Origin: an uncultured Clostridium sp.
GTDB taxonomy: Bacteria; Bacillota; Clostridia; TANB77; CAG-465
Direction: 5' to 3'
Length of the DNA: 45,193 bases
Assembly: GCA_964481385.1 (NCBI GenBank)
Contig: CAYZTN010000003.1
Span: 1-45,193 of the forward strand
The position numbers were made by a program, and so were the translations under genes. Shown piece after piece: positions 21,342 to 33,937 of the stretch (the first letter of the stretch is position 1; every line of letters begins with the position of its first letter). Under the pieces are notes generated by a model. That model was not told the DNA's origin. It did not search any database and saw nothing but the letters and a program-made list of their open reading frames with translations.

Positions 21342-21458
21342 AGAAAATCTATTAAAAACATATTATGGCTTATAACATAAAGAAAGTAAATATGAATGCT
21401 ATTTTGTATTCAAGTTTTTGTTTCTCTTATTAAATAACGAAAGAAGGAGATAGTTTTT

Positions 21459-22643
21459 ATGAAAAACAACAAATCTGCTATATCGCTCATTGTGTTGGTA
21501 ATAACTATAATTGTTTTAAGTATATTGGCTACAGTGGTGATATTAAGTTTAGTTGATACAAATATAATTAGTCTAGCGAGTAGTACGGCGTTCAAGGCTG
21601 ACATGGCAAATTACAAAGAAGCATGTGAAATTTACGTAACGAAGCAACTTGTTGATGATTTAACTTTTGATAGAGAAAAATTAAACGTAACATATGCAAA
21701 TAATTCAATTGTATTTAAAAATATTTTTGGTGACAACGTACCAGACAAATACAAAGAGAGACTAAGAGTAGTACATGGTAAACTTATGTATGAGACAGAC
21801 GATGAAACTGAAAAAGCCGTGCTAGAAGAGCTTAATATAAAATCGTTAATAACTAAAGGTATTGCTGAACAAATGGTTAGCCCATATATAGGATATTATG
21901 CAGATGTAGATGGAGATGGCTTGGTAGATGGTGTAATATTTGCAGATTTAGCATATAGCGTAAGTGGTGGAACATATGGTACAACTAGCGTAGGTACATT
22001 TGAATATAAAGCAGTAACAGATAAGAATACATTAAAAGATTATGTAGTTAGTCAAGAAAGTTATACTGCAATGAATGAAAGTACTACGCTAAGTTACGGA
22101 ACAAAGCCAGTACTAAGAGCAATAGATGGGACAACAGGAACAAATAGATTTTATGTGATGAAACTAAGTGATTTGGTTGTAAATAATAAGACAACCTTTT
22201 GTTGGTATTATAGCAAGAATGGTTCATTAGACGTATCACGAACCGCTGCTGATTTTGGAAGCGGTAAACAAAATACATATAACATGATATCCGACTGGAA
22301 TTCAGATACGAGTAGTGATAAAAATACTAGAGATGTGTGGAACGCAATGCAAGAACAAGCATATGATACAAATTACAATAAAGAAAACAAAACGGTAGAT
22401 GATTTGGTATGGTTTTTACCATCAAATGGTGAATGGTCTGCGTTTGCATATTACTTAAATAATAAAGATACAGATCCATTGACAACATCTAATTATTTGT
22501 CCGCATATGGCCTTAATAGTTCATATTGGACGTCATCGAGTTGGAGTAAGGACGTTGCGACAATTATTGCTTTTAATTATGGCTTTGTGAGCAATGCTCC
22601 CATCACTGGTTATTCATATATACGCTTAGCTACAACTTTCTAA
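21459..22643 (+). CDS. Type IV pilin-like protein with C-terminal C-type-lectin-like (DGR-target-type) domain, paralog A
   Basis: KSA|ISLIVLVITIIVLSILA prepilin-like N-terminus; DVDGDG motif; WFLPS..EW...YWTSS...RLATTF end; strong similarity to 39060-40211. Confidence 0.65.
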   Translation: MKNNKSAISLIVLVITIIVLSILATVVILSLVDTNIISLASSTAFKADMANYKEACEIYVTKQLVDDLTFDREKLNVTYANNSIVFKNIFGDNVPDKYKERLRVVHGKLMYETDDETEKAVLEELNIKSLITKGIAEQMVSPYIGYYADVDGDGLVDGVIFADLAYSVSGGTYGTTSVGTFEYKAVTDKNTLKDYVVSQESYTAMNESTTLSYGTKPVLRAIDGTTGTNRFYVMKLSDLVVNNKTTFCWYYSKNGSLDVSRTAADFGSGKQNTYNMISDWNSDTSSDKNTRDVWNAMQEQAYDTNYNKENKTVDDLVWFLPSNGEWSAFAYYLNNKDTDPLTTSNYLSAYGLNSSYWTSSSWSKDVATIIAFNYGFVSNAPITGYSYIRLATTF

Positions 22644-22811
22644 TTAAAAATAGATATAAAGAATGAGTTTTATCAATGGCATAATTTAAACATATTTCAA
22701 CTTTTGAGAAAATGGAAAATTAAAGTTAAAATAAATAAGTCGTGATGAAGAGTTACAAGTTTATGGCTATAATAAGCTTAACAAAAATATTAATAAGTAA
22801 ATATATTTTAA

Positions 22812-22847
22812 GAGTAGGAAAAAATGAGAATGTATAGTTTCCTACTC
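22812..22847. terminator. Hairpin between convergent genes, probable terminator of the minus-strand gene
   Basis: GAGTAGGAAA...TTTCCTACTC. Confidence 0.5.
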
Positions 22848-22855
22848 TTTTATTA

Positions 22856-24211
22856 CTATTTTGGAGCGTTTTTGGTTTCTTTTTTACACATTCCATATCC
22901 TATGCCGAGTATTATCCAGAATATTGGCGCAACATGGGTAACTGATATGTTACCTGCTGCTTGTATAAGATATGATAATATACTTAACCCTACTGCAAAT
23001 ATTGTTAAATTAGATTTGTCTTTCAAGTATTTTTTCCATATTGTTATTCCAATTATTGCAATAATTGTTATATAGCAAATAAGTGAAGGAATACCAGTAC
23101 ACACTGCTATATGTAAATATTCACAGTGAGCTTTATCAAATATATGATTAGAAGTGTAATCAGGCTTTAAGTATATATGTTCTACAAAATATGCACCAAG
23201 AGAATCTGGGCCTACGCCAAGCAAAGGATATTGTTTTATAATATCTAATGAAACCTTGTATATAAATCCTCTGCCGGATCCGAAGCTATCGCGGTCATTT
23301 TCTATATTTTTAGTTTCTTTTTTTAATGATATAGCTTCACCAATATATGTATTTTGGGTGCAAACATTTAACACAGCGAACATTAGTATAAAAGACAATA
23401 CTAATAAGCAAATATTTTTTGATTTGAATTTTTGAGTTATGGCGTAAATTAAGATAATTGCGAAATATATTGCAAATGTAATATATCCACCTAATGTTCT
23501 TGTGCAAACCAAGGCTCCAAAAGTAATTATGCTAGTTATTAAGTAAAAAGGATTACCTTTTTTCAAAAATACTAACATGTATATTGGTAAAAACATACTT
23601 AGGTAGCTTGAAAAGAAGTTAGGATTACCGAAAGAGCTAAATGCCATATATACATGTATATCAGTCCTACCAAGTGCATAATAAAGAATTGCTTGCACAA
23701 TACCAACAGCACTTACAATTATCGTTGAAGTTGCAAGGTAGGGTAAAAAGCGTTCGTTCCAATCAAAAAACTTATACGTTAAATAAAATAAGACTATGTA
23801 TAAGTATAACGTAATTGCACCTTCAAATCTTCCGACAGCACCATAGATTATTGGAAACGGAAAATATCTTGAAGTTACGGTAGATAAAACTATGAGTAAA
23901 GCATATATTGCAACTACTAAATCCAAGAGGTTGGTTTTTGTTTTACTAAAGAGCTTGACTTTTTCGCCTCTTTTGTGAGATTTTATCATTTGAACTACTT
24001 TTATACAAATCATAGTTATAGCTGCGATAATTGTAAAAAAGTATGTAAGCCTTATTTGATTAGTGTGTTGATAAATGTATGGTAAAAAGCATACAGGTAC
24101 AATTATAACAATAATAAATAAAAGAATTGATATAATTGTACTGTTATCGAATTTTAAATTATCTATATATTTTTTTATATTGGGTTTTGTTATTTGTATT
24201 TGAGTATTCAT
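22856..24211 (-). CDS. O-antigen ligase / O-oligosaccharyltransferase-like (Wzy_C) membrane protein
   Basis: About 12 TM helices; GRFEG, FGNPNF, SGRGFIY, PLLGVGPD, DKAHCEYL motifs. Confidence 0.85.
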   Translation of the reverse strand: MNTQIQITKPNIKKYIDNLKFDNSTIISILLFIIVIIVPVCFLPYIYQHTNQIRLTYFFTIIAAITMICIKVVQMIKSHKRGEKVKLFSKTKTNLLDLVVAIYALLIVLSTVTSRYFPFPIIYGAVGRFEGAITLYLYIVLFYLTYKFFDWNERFLPYLATSTIIVSAVGIVQAILYYALGRTDIHVYMAFSSFGNPNFFSSYLSMFLPIYMLVFLKKGNPFYLITSIITFGALVCTRTLGGYITFAIYFAIILIYAITQKFKSKNICLLVLSFILMFAVLNVCTQNTYIGEAISLKKETKNIENDRDSFGSGRGFIYKVSLDIIKQYPLLGVGPDSLGAYFVEHIYLKPDYTSNHIFDKAHCEYLHIAVCTGIPSLICYITIIAIIGITIWKKYLKDKSNLTIFAVGLSILSYLIQAAGNISVTHVAPIFWIILGIGYGMCKKETKNAPK

Positions 24212-24282
24212 TTGTTTATTCCTTTCTTTTTCGTTAAAAGTATATATCAAAAACCAAACAATAACAACACAAACTTAATAAA

Positions 24283-24777
24283 TTATATATATTTTTCACC
24301 TAATGGATTTATGCTTTTATCTTTAAAGTAAAGTGAAAAGTGAAAGTGTACACCTGTTGTATCGCCATTTAAAATGCCCGGCGATATGTATTTTGGACCT
24401 ACTCTCGCTACCATTTGACCACCAAATACTCTTTCGTTATATTTTACTAAAATATCATTAGCTAAGTGACAATACATAGATTTGTATCCATTGTCATACT
24501 GTATAATTAACATGTTTCCACCTGAATAGTTGAAACCAGAAAAAGTTACTATACCACTAGACATAGCATATACAGGGGTTCCTTCATAAACTGCACAATC
24601 AATTCCATTATGAAAAGAATTATCAAAAGAACGCCATCCATACGAGGAAGTAAGAATATAATCACATTTAAGTGGAAATGTTAAAGAGTTTTTAGAGATA
24701 GTTGTGCAAAAGCAAGTGATACAGATAACGAAAATAACGCACAAGAATTTAAAATATTTTTTGAACAAAATAATCAC
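24283..24777 (-). CDS. M23 family metallopeptidase (exported)
   Basis: SSYGWR..FHNGIDCA (HxxxD), YCHL, TTGVHFHF (HxH). Confidence 0.9.
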   Translation of the reverse strand: MIILFKKYFKFLCVIFVICITCFCTTISKNSLTFPLKCDYILTSSYGWRSFDNSFHNGIDCAVYEGTPVYAMSSGIVTFSGFNYSGGNMLIIQYDNGYKSMYCHLANDILVKYNERVFGGQMVARVGPKYISPGILNGDTTGVHFHFSLYFKDKSINPLGEKYI

Positions 24778-24942
24778 CTAGTTCATTATACTATGCTTAA
24801 GGCAAAAAGTAAAACCGAATAAGAGTGTCGAAAAAACGCTAAAAATAGCGAAAAATAAAGGCGCGCATATATATAATGATTTTTGTTGATTTTATTTTTT
24901 GAATATGATATATTTATTTCGTAATTTAGGAGGGAATAGTTT

Positions 24943-26469
24943 ATGAAAAGAATTAAATTATTTGCTATTATGTTAGTTTTTGTTTTGTGCTCAATTTTAA
25001 CTACAACAGTATTTGCAGCTGAAATGAGTGAAGATTTTAAAAAGATATTAACTGATGGAAAACTAATCGTAAAAGCTTACAAACCAACAAATAAGGAAAA
25101 TGCAACTTTGTTATTAGACCTATATCTTATGGACAATTACAAAGGTTTTTCAATAGATAGTACAACTTTTAATAGCGACTTTACAAGTTGTGAGTTGTTG
25201 TATAATACGGAAAGACACGTTGTAAATATAGAATATAAATATGACGAAGAATTGAAAAAAATAGTAGACGGATATATGGAAAAAATACTAGCTCGTAACA
25301 AAAAATTTGAAGTTGATGACTTAGAATTAGTAAACTTTTGGATAAACGCAAAAGGAGATCCAGAGTATTTAATGAATTATTCAACAGAGCTTAATAAAAT
25401 GATAGGATACAAGAACTTTACAATTAGGTCGAGAATGGGTAGTGGTGCTGAGTTTGAAGCGATGTCCGCTGGATTTGATATTACAATAGATGATACAATA
25501 TACGCTATGACAAGTGATCCTAAAATTGGAACAAAATCAAATCATGTGCTATATGTTCCAAGTGATACAGAAGAAACAAAAGAAGCTCTTATAGCGGCTA
25601 TTCAGTCAAGAATAGATAATGCGTTTGGTAAAGGAAAGGTTGTAATAGAAGCAAAAGATGGGCAAGTTATTGACTATTATTTAAAACCATTTAATGATTC
25701 GGTTGATGAGTTGCAAGCACAGATAGATGAAATACTAGCAATGCCTGCTGAAGAACAAGACCAAAGTAGACTTAGAAACTTGCAAGATAATCTTAATAAT
25801 TACAAAGTATCTAAACAAAATGCGGTTGATAGTATAGAAAATGAAAACGGAGGGTTAAACTTTCTAAAAAAAGCAATCGGAGGATATTACTTTGTAGCAA
25901 AAGTAGGAGATGAAAGTCATCTATTTGTGTTAGTTAAAAGCGATGCACTTGTTTCAAAAGAGATAGAGCATATAACATCTGACCTTAAGACTGATGTTAC
26001 AGTAAAAATGGAAGACAATTTAGTGCCAATTGATACACAAGTAAAAGTAGAAAGGGTTACAGAAGGTGCAGAATATAACAGAATAATTAAAGTGTTAAAC
26101 GTTGAAACGAGTGAAATGTACGATATTTTGCTATATTCAGAGAGTAAAGATACATATGTAACTGAACTTTCAAATGGTATGTTTGAAGTAAGAATTCCTT
26201 TAAGTGAAAAGTTTGAAGGAAAAGATTTAATAGTATATTATGTAGATAGTAATGGCAAAATTACAGCGCATTCGGTAACAGTTAGAGATGGCTATGCAGT
26301 ATTTACGACTACTCACTTTAGTATATATACTTTAGCTGTAAAGCCTGTAAAAGATGATACTCCTCCAACAGGAGTAAGAAATAATGATGCTATCAGAGCA
26401 GTATCTATGCTCGGTATAATGGCATTGGCAGGTATAGTATTACTTAAGAACATAAAAGAGGAAGATTAA
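24943..26469 (+). CDS. Secreted, probably sortase-anchored surface protein
   Basis: Signal peptide ending VFA; C-terminal TTHFSIY, then TPPTG, a hydrophobic helix and a charged tail. Confidence 0.7.
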   Translation: MKRIKLFAIMLVFVLCSILTTTVFAAEMSEDFKKILTDGKLIVKAYKPTNKENATLLLDLYLMDNYKGFSIDSTTFNSDFTSCELLYNTERHVVNIEYKYDEELKKIVDGYMEKILARNKKFEVDDLELVNFWINAKGDPEYLMNYSTELNKMIGYKNFTIRSRMGSGAEFEAMSAGFDITIDDTIYAMTSDPKIGTKSNHVLYVPSDTEETKEALIAAIQSRIDNAFGKGKVVIEAKDGQVIDYYLKPFNDSVDELQAQIDEILAMPAEEQDQSRLRNLQDNLNNYKVSKQNAVDSIENENGGLNFLKKAIGGYYFVAKVGDESHLFVLVKSDALVSKEIEHITSDLKTDVTVKMEDNLVPIDTQVKVERVTEGAEYNRIIKVLNVETSEMYDILLYSESKDTYVTELSNGMFEVRIPLSEKFEGKDLIVYYVDSNGKITAHSVTVRDGYAVFTTTHFSIYTLAVKPVKDDTPPTGVRNNDAIRAVSMLGIMALAGIVLLKNIKEED

Positions 26470-26473
26470 TTTT

Positions 26474-26497
26474 AGGGCAGAGTGAAAGTTCTGCCCT
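26474..26497 (+). terminator. Intrinsic terminator
   Basis: AGGGCAGA-GTGAAAGT-TCTGCCCT followed by GTTTCT. Confidence 0.55.
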
Positions 26498-26565
26498 GTT
26501 TCTGACCAACTGAGTTACTGACACGTTGACATATATGGTATAATATATATTGTAAGAGGTAAAAT

Positions 26566-27231
26566 ATGACAGAAAGTTTTAGAGAAGTTTTAGATAGGGA
26601 AAAAGAAAAAGAATATTTTAAAAATTTAACTGAGTTTATTAATAATGAATATGCGACAAAAGAGATATTTCCACCAAGAGATTCTGTTATGAATGCAATG
26701 AAATATACACCATACAAAAATGTAAAGGTTGTAATTGTGGGACAAGATCCGTATCATGGAGTAGGAGAAGCTCACGGTTTAAGTTTTTCTGTAAATCCAC
26801 ATATTGCAATTCCACCTTCTCTCAAAAACATATATAAAGAGCTAAATAAAGAGTTGGGGCTATATATTCCGAATAACGGTTATCTTATGAAATGGGCAAA
26901 AGAAGGAGTACTTCTTTTAAACAGTGTTTTAACTGTGGTAAAAGATACGCCAGCTTCTCATAGAGGTAAAGGCTGGGAGACGTTTACGGATGAAATAATT
27001 AAAGCGGTAAATGAAAAGACTACTCCAGTTGTATTCTTACTTTGGGGAAACTATGCAAGAAACAAAAAGTCCATTATAACTAACCCAATACATTTGGTAC
27101 TTGAAACTTCACACCCAAGTCCTTTTTCAGTAAGAAATGGTTTTGATGGGTGTGGACACTTTAAAAAAACAAATGAATTTTTAATAGAACATGGAGAGAA
27201 GCCAATAGATTGGCAAATTGAAAATATATAG
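26566..27231 (+). CDS. ung: Uracil-DNA glycosylase (family 1)
   Basis: GQDPYH, AHGLSFS, PPSLKNI, VLLLN, HPSPFS. Confidence 0.97.
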   Translation: MTESFREVLDREKEKEYFKNLTEFINNEYATKEIFPPRDSVMNAMKYTPYKNVKVVIVGQDPYHGVGEAHGLSFSVNPHIAIPPSLKNIYKELNKELGLYIPNNGYLMKWAKEGVLLLNSVLTVVKDTPASHRGKGWETFTDEIIKAVNEKTTPVVFLLWGNYARNKKSIITNPIHLVLETSHPSPFSVRNGFDGCGHFKKTNEFLIEHGEKPIDWQIENI

Positions 27232-27242
27232 AAAGGGAAAAA

Positions 27243-28268
27243 ATGCAAACATCAGATTTTAAATACGATTTACCACAGGAGCTAATAGCTCAAACACCAC
27301 TTAAGGATAGAACAAGTTCAAGACTTATGGTGCTAGATAAAAAAACAGGAGAAATAACTCACAAACATTTCTATAACATTATAGACTACTTAGAAAAAGG
27401 CGATACTTTAGTTTTAAATAACACAAGAGTAATACCTGCAAGAGTATTTGGTACGCGTGAAGGTCATACCGGAAAAATTGAAATGCTACTTTTAAAACAG
27501 CGTGAAGGAGACGAGTGGGAATGTTTAATTGGACGTGCTAAAAAAGTAATTCCAGGTACAGTACTTGTATTTGGTGATGGTATGTTAAAAGCACATGTGC
27601 TTCAAGTGTTAGAAGACGGGGTAAGACATGTAAAGCTTGAATATACAGGAATATTAAATGAAATATTGTATAAGATAGGGACTATGCCGCTTCCACCATA
27701 TATAACTGCTTCTTTAAAAGACCAAGAACGTTACCAAACAGTATATAGCAAAATTCAAGGATCTGCTGCAGCACCTACTGCTGGACTTCATTTTACAGAA
27801 GAATTGCTAGAGAAAATAAAAGAAAAAGGAGTAAACATTGCGTATGTTACGCTACATGTAGGACTTGGGACATTCAGACCAGTAAAAGTTGATGATGTGG
27901 AAAACCACGTAATGCACAAAGAGTATTATGAGATAGACGAAGCAACTTGTGAGTGTATAAACGAAACTAAAAAAAGAGGAAATAAAGTAGTGTGTGTAGG
28001 AACAACTTCATGTAGAGTATTAGAGTCTGCAGCAACAGATACAGGAGTGCTTGTTCCAAAACACGAAGAAACAGGAATATTCATATATCCTGGATATAAA
28101 TTTAAAGTGGTAGATAATTTAATTACAAATTTTCATTTACCAGAGTCTACATTAATAATGTTAGTATCAGCTTTAGCTGGGAAAGAACATATACTAAACG
28201 CATATAATACGGCTGTAAAAGAGAAGTATAGATTTTTTAGCTTTGGCGATGCAATGTATATAAAATAG
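27243..28268 (+). CDS. queA: tRNA preQ1 SAM ribosyltransferase-isomerase QueA
   Basis: [48 protein letters not shown]. Confidence 0.97.
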   Translation: MQTSDFKYDLPQELIAQTPLKDRTSSRLMVLDKKTGEITHKHFYNIIDYLEKGDTLVLNNTRVIPARVFGTREGHTGKIEMLLLKQREGDEWECLIGRAKKVIPGTVLVFGDGMLKAHVLQVLEDGVRHVKLEYTGILNEILYKIGTMPLPPYITASLKDQERYQTVYSKIQGSAAAPTAGLHFTEELLEKIKEKGVNIAYVTLHVGLGTFRPVKVDDVENHVMHKEYYEIDEATCECINETKKRGNKVVCVGTTSCRVLESAATDTGVLVPKHEETGIFIYPGYKFKVVDNLITNFHLPESTLIMLVSALAGKEHILNAYNTAVKEKYRFFSFGDAMYIK

Positions 28269-28280
28269 GGGGAAAAAGTT

Positions 28281-29873
28281 ATGAATGATTTTATAAAAAG
28301 TTTACAAAGTCAAGTAAAAGGAACTAAAGTTGAAGAACAAAAGGTAGAAAGCGTGACACGTCTTTCAAAAAAAGAATATGTAGAGCGTGAACTAAAAAAA
28401 GCGATGGAAGAAAGAAAAAGAGGTTCGGCTATATCTGATCCAAAAGCAGATAAAAGATTTATGAAAGATATGAGAAAATCTCTTGAAGAAGCTTATGATG
28501 AGGCGAAGGCAAAAGAATTAGAAGAAAACAAAGCTAAAGCCAAAACAGTTGAAAAGAGTAAGGAAGAAAAAGGTGCAGCTAAAAAGACAAGCTTAAGAGA
28601 TATAAACGATAAAGATATTGGATATTTAGATAGACTGGCTTTACTTCATGAAATGAAAATGAAGATGTTAAAAGAGCAAAGAGATAAAGGAGACTATGTA
28701 CCATCAAGTAAAGAAGCATATAAAGTAATGCTACTTGAAGCGTCTATTGAGCGTGATAGAGAGCCATATGTAAAAGGCCTAGAATCTGAAGAGTTAGCTT
28801 CGGTTGTAAAAATAGAAGAAGGGTATAAAAATAAAGAACTTGATGTAACTCGTGAGCAAAATAAAGATTTTAGAGAAAAGCTTTTTGAAATGAGCGAACT
28901 TAATAAAAAACTAAAAGATATAAATGACTATTTCGAAGAATTGCAAGAAAAGATGAGAAATGGCGAAATAGATGAAGAAGAATACAGAAAATGCATAGAT
29001 AAAAAGCAATATGAGTTTGATGAAGTATTAAAGGATATAAATGAATTAAACCCAGAGAAATTGCAAAAAGCAGTAGACGAGCAACAAAGACAATCAAGAC
29101 TACAAAAGCATTTTTTAGGAAAAGACTATAACGAAAAAGTGTATTTGCGTTCAAGTGAAGAGTTTAAAAAACGTCTAGACTATGCAAACGAGAAAAAATT
29201 ATATAACGCGGCAGCAATAGTTACTGAAAACAAATATTTACAAAAAGAAGGCTTGGAGAGAACTATTAAAGAGACGGAAAATCATAAGGAAAAATTAGAA
29301 AAAGAACTAGAAAAGTTGGGAGATACACCAGACAATTTAAAAAGACGCACAGAAATATTAAAAGAGTTGAGAATTACGGATGCAAAACTTGACGGTTATG
29401 AAAATACTAGAGAAGATTTAGAAAATGGACTTGAAAAAGACATAGATGTAACTGGTGACATAGAAAACGAAAGCAAAGCGGTAGAAGAGGATATAGAAGA
29501 TGTTGAGAAAGATTTTGAAGATGTAGAAGAAGTGCTAGACAAATCAGAAGAATTAGATTTTGACTTTGACAGTTCTCGTGCTGAAGCTGAAAGCGAAATA
29601 AGAGAAGAAGCTTTCAAAACTGGTGCAAGAACTGCAGTTGCGGTGAAGATAATTGACGACTGTCCTCATGATACAGAGCACGCTGTAGTAGCTGGTGCAG
29701 TTGCTGGAAAAATGAAGGAAAATAGTTTAAGAAAAGAATGGGAAAATACAGTAAGCAAAGAATATAACGGGGCAGACGTAAAAACAAAGCGAGATAGAGA
29801 TGCAGCTATTCGCGAAGAACTAGAAGAACAAGAAAATGTATATGAAATAGAAAGAACTAGGGATAGAAGATAG
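28281..29873 (+). CDS. Hypothetical, highly charged coiled-coil protein
   Basis: 530-aa ORF with GGGGG RBS, E/K-rich, acidic segment, no family recognised. Confidence 0.75.
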   Translation: MNDFIKSLQSQVKGTKVEEQKVESVTRLSKKEYVERELKKAMEERKRGSAISDPKADKRFMKDMRKSLEEAYDEAKAKELEENKAKAKTVEKSKEEKGAAKKTSLRDINDKDIGYLDRLALLHEMKMKMLKEQRDKGDYVPSSKEAYKVMLLEASIERDREPYVKGLESEELASVVKIEEGYKNKELDVTREQNKDFREKLFEMSELNKKLKDINDYFEELQEKMRNGEIDEEEYRKCIDKKQYEFDEVLKDINELNPEKLQKAVDEQQRQSRLQKHFLGKDYNEKVYLRSSEEFKKRLDYANEKKLYNAAAIVTENKYLQKEGLERTIKETENHKEKLEKELEKLGDTPDNLKRRTEILKELRITDAKLDGYENTREDLENGLEKDIDVTGDIENESKAVEEDIEDVEKDFEDVEEVLDKSEELDFDFDSSRAEAESEIREEAFKTGARTAVAVKIIDDCPHDTEHAVVAGAVAGKMKENSLRKEWENTVSKEYNGADVKTKRDRDAAIREELEEQENVYEIERTRDRR

Positions 29874-32634
<2,761 letters not shown>

Positions 32635-32639
32635 AACAT

Positions 32640-32666
32640 AAAGCAAGTCATAATATGGCTTGCTTT
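32640..32666 (+). terminator. Intrinsic terminator after cls
   Basis: AAAGCAAGTCATA-A-TATGGCTTGCTTT. Confidence 0.65.
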
Positions 32667-32735
32667 TACACTTATCTAGATAAATGCTACACTTTTCTCA
32701 AATTGATTGAAAATTATTACTTGTTTTGTTAAAAT
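32667..32735 (+). promoter_or_regulatory. LytTR-type direct repeats plus sigma-A promoter
   Basis: TACACTTATCT (32667) and TACACTTTTCT (32688), 21-bp period; TTGAAA(32707)-17 bp-TAAAAT(32730). Confidence 0.6.
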
Positions 32736-32759
32736 AAAGTTATAGAAAGGAGAAATATT

Positions 32760-33230
32760 ATGGAAGTTAGGTTAAATATATCTCCGGAAACAAAAGATAT
32801 ATCAATTGACATTACTGCACCTAGTAGAAATAGTGAAGTTGAACAAATCATGAAATTATTGAATGAGCGAATGTATAAAAAAGTATATGGTATACAAAAC
32901 CATGCTACATTTATAGTTGACTTAGTGGATATAATTTGTTTTTATACGGATGATAAAAAAGTATATTTAAAAACTACTTCAGGAGAGTTTGAAGTAAAAA
33001 GTAGAATGTATGAGATAGAAGAAAACGTAATAGATAATAGTTTTATTCGTATTTCAAATAGTGTAATTGCAAATATTAATCATGTTAAATGTTTCGACAC
33101 AGCTCAAATAGGAAATATAATAGTGAGATTTGATGATGGTAGTTTTGAATATGTTTCGAAAAGGAAAATTCCAGCAGTAATGAAAATTTTAAAAGGGAGG
33201 AATGAGAAAAATGAAAAGAGAAAGTGTTAA
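32760..33230 (+). CDS. Stand-alone LytTR family transcriptional regulator
   Basis: IICFYT..KKVY, RMYEIEE, FIRISNSVIAN, YVSKRKI; no receiver domain. Confidence 0.9.
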   Translation: MEVRLNISPETKDISIDITAPSRNSEVEQIMKLLNERMYKKVYGIQNHATFIVDLVDIICFYTDDKKVYLKTTSGEFEVKSRMYEIEENVIDNSFIRISNSVIANINHVKCFDTAQIGNIIVRFDDGSFEYVSKRKIPAVMKILKGRNEKNEKRKC

Positions 33231-33789
33231 AAAATTATTAAAGTATCTAGTAATATGTGTATTAGCTACATATTTTGTTCTAGGTGTTGTAACAGATGTA
33301 AAAAGTTATTTACACGCTAAGTTTATATTTTCCGATGTTGAAAAAAACGGGAACAAAGAAGAGCTAATATCTGAGCTTCAAGTATTGGAAGAGGCAGCTC
33401 AAAATATGATGAATGAATATGAAAATAAAGAATTACCAACACTTGGTGCTACAATTGCGACCATAAGTTATGGAAGAGATTACTTTGCTTTAGAGATGTT
33501 ATACCTTAGTATAATTATAGGCTTAATTATAGGAAGTATAATGTATATATTAAAAAATGTAGAATGTAAAAAGATTGGACATTATATAGTAATATATTTA
33601 TTGTCATTGATTTTAATAAGCTTGATTTTTACAGTTGTAACATCAGAACTAAATAGTGTAAATGTAGAAATATTCCTTGAAAGTATATTAAGAATAGTTT
33701 TGCCTTATACAGTGGGATACATATTAGTATGTTTAATAATATTTTTAGCTAGCAAAAATGAAGCTAAAGAATTGAATGATAAAATATAA
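33211..33789 (+). CDS. Membrane protein coupled to the LytTR gene (possible LRS inhibitor)
   Basis: 4 TM helices, overlaps the LytTR stop, C-terminal AKELNDKI. Confidence 0.65.
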   Translation: MKRESVKKLLKYLVICVLATYFVLGVVTDVKSYLHAKFIFSDVEKNGNKEELISELQVLEEAAQNMMNEYENKELPTLGATIATISYGRDYFALEMLYLSIIIGLIIGSIMYILKNVECKKIGHYIVIYLLSLILISLIFTVVTSELNSVNVEIFLESILRIVLPYTVGYILVCLIIFLASKNEAKELNDKI

Positions 33790-33827
33790 AAACTAGGCTT
33801 TGCTCAGAGTGTATACAAGCTACTTTA

Positions 33828-33934
33828 ATAAAAAGTGTCATTTGGGACGTTTTCAAATGACACTTTTTATATGTATTGTGTATTTATATAATAAGACAGT
33901 GTCATTTGAAAACGTCCCAAATGACACTTTTTAT
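33828..33934. repeat. REPIN-like inverted doublet, copy 3
   Basis: Perfect 37-bp arms 33828-33864 and 33898-33934 (ATAAAAAGTGTCATTTGGGACGTTTTCAAATGACACT); each arm is itself a hairpin. Confidence 0.9.
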
Positions 33935-33937
33935 ATG

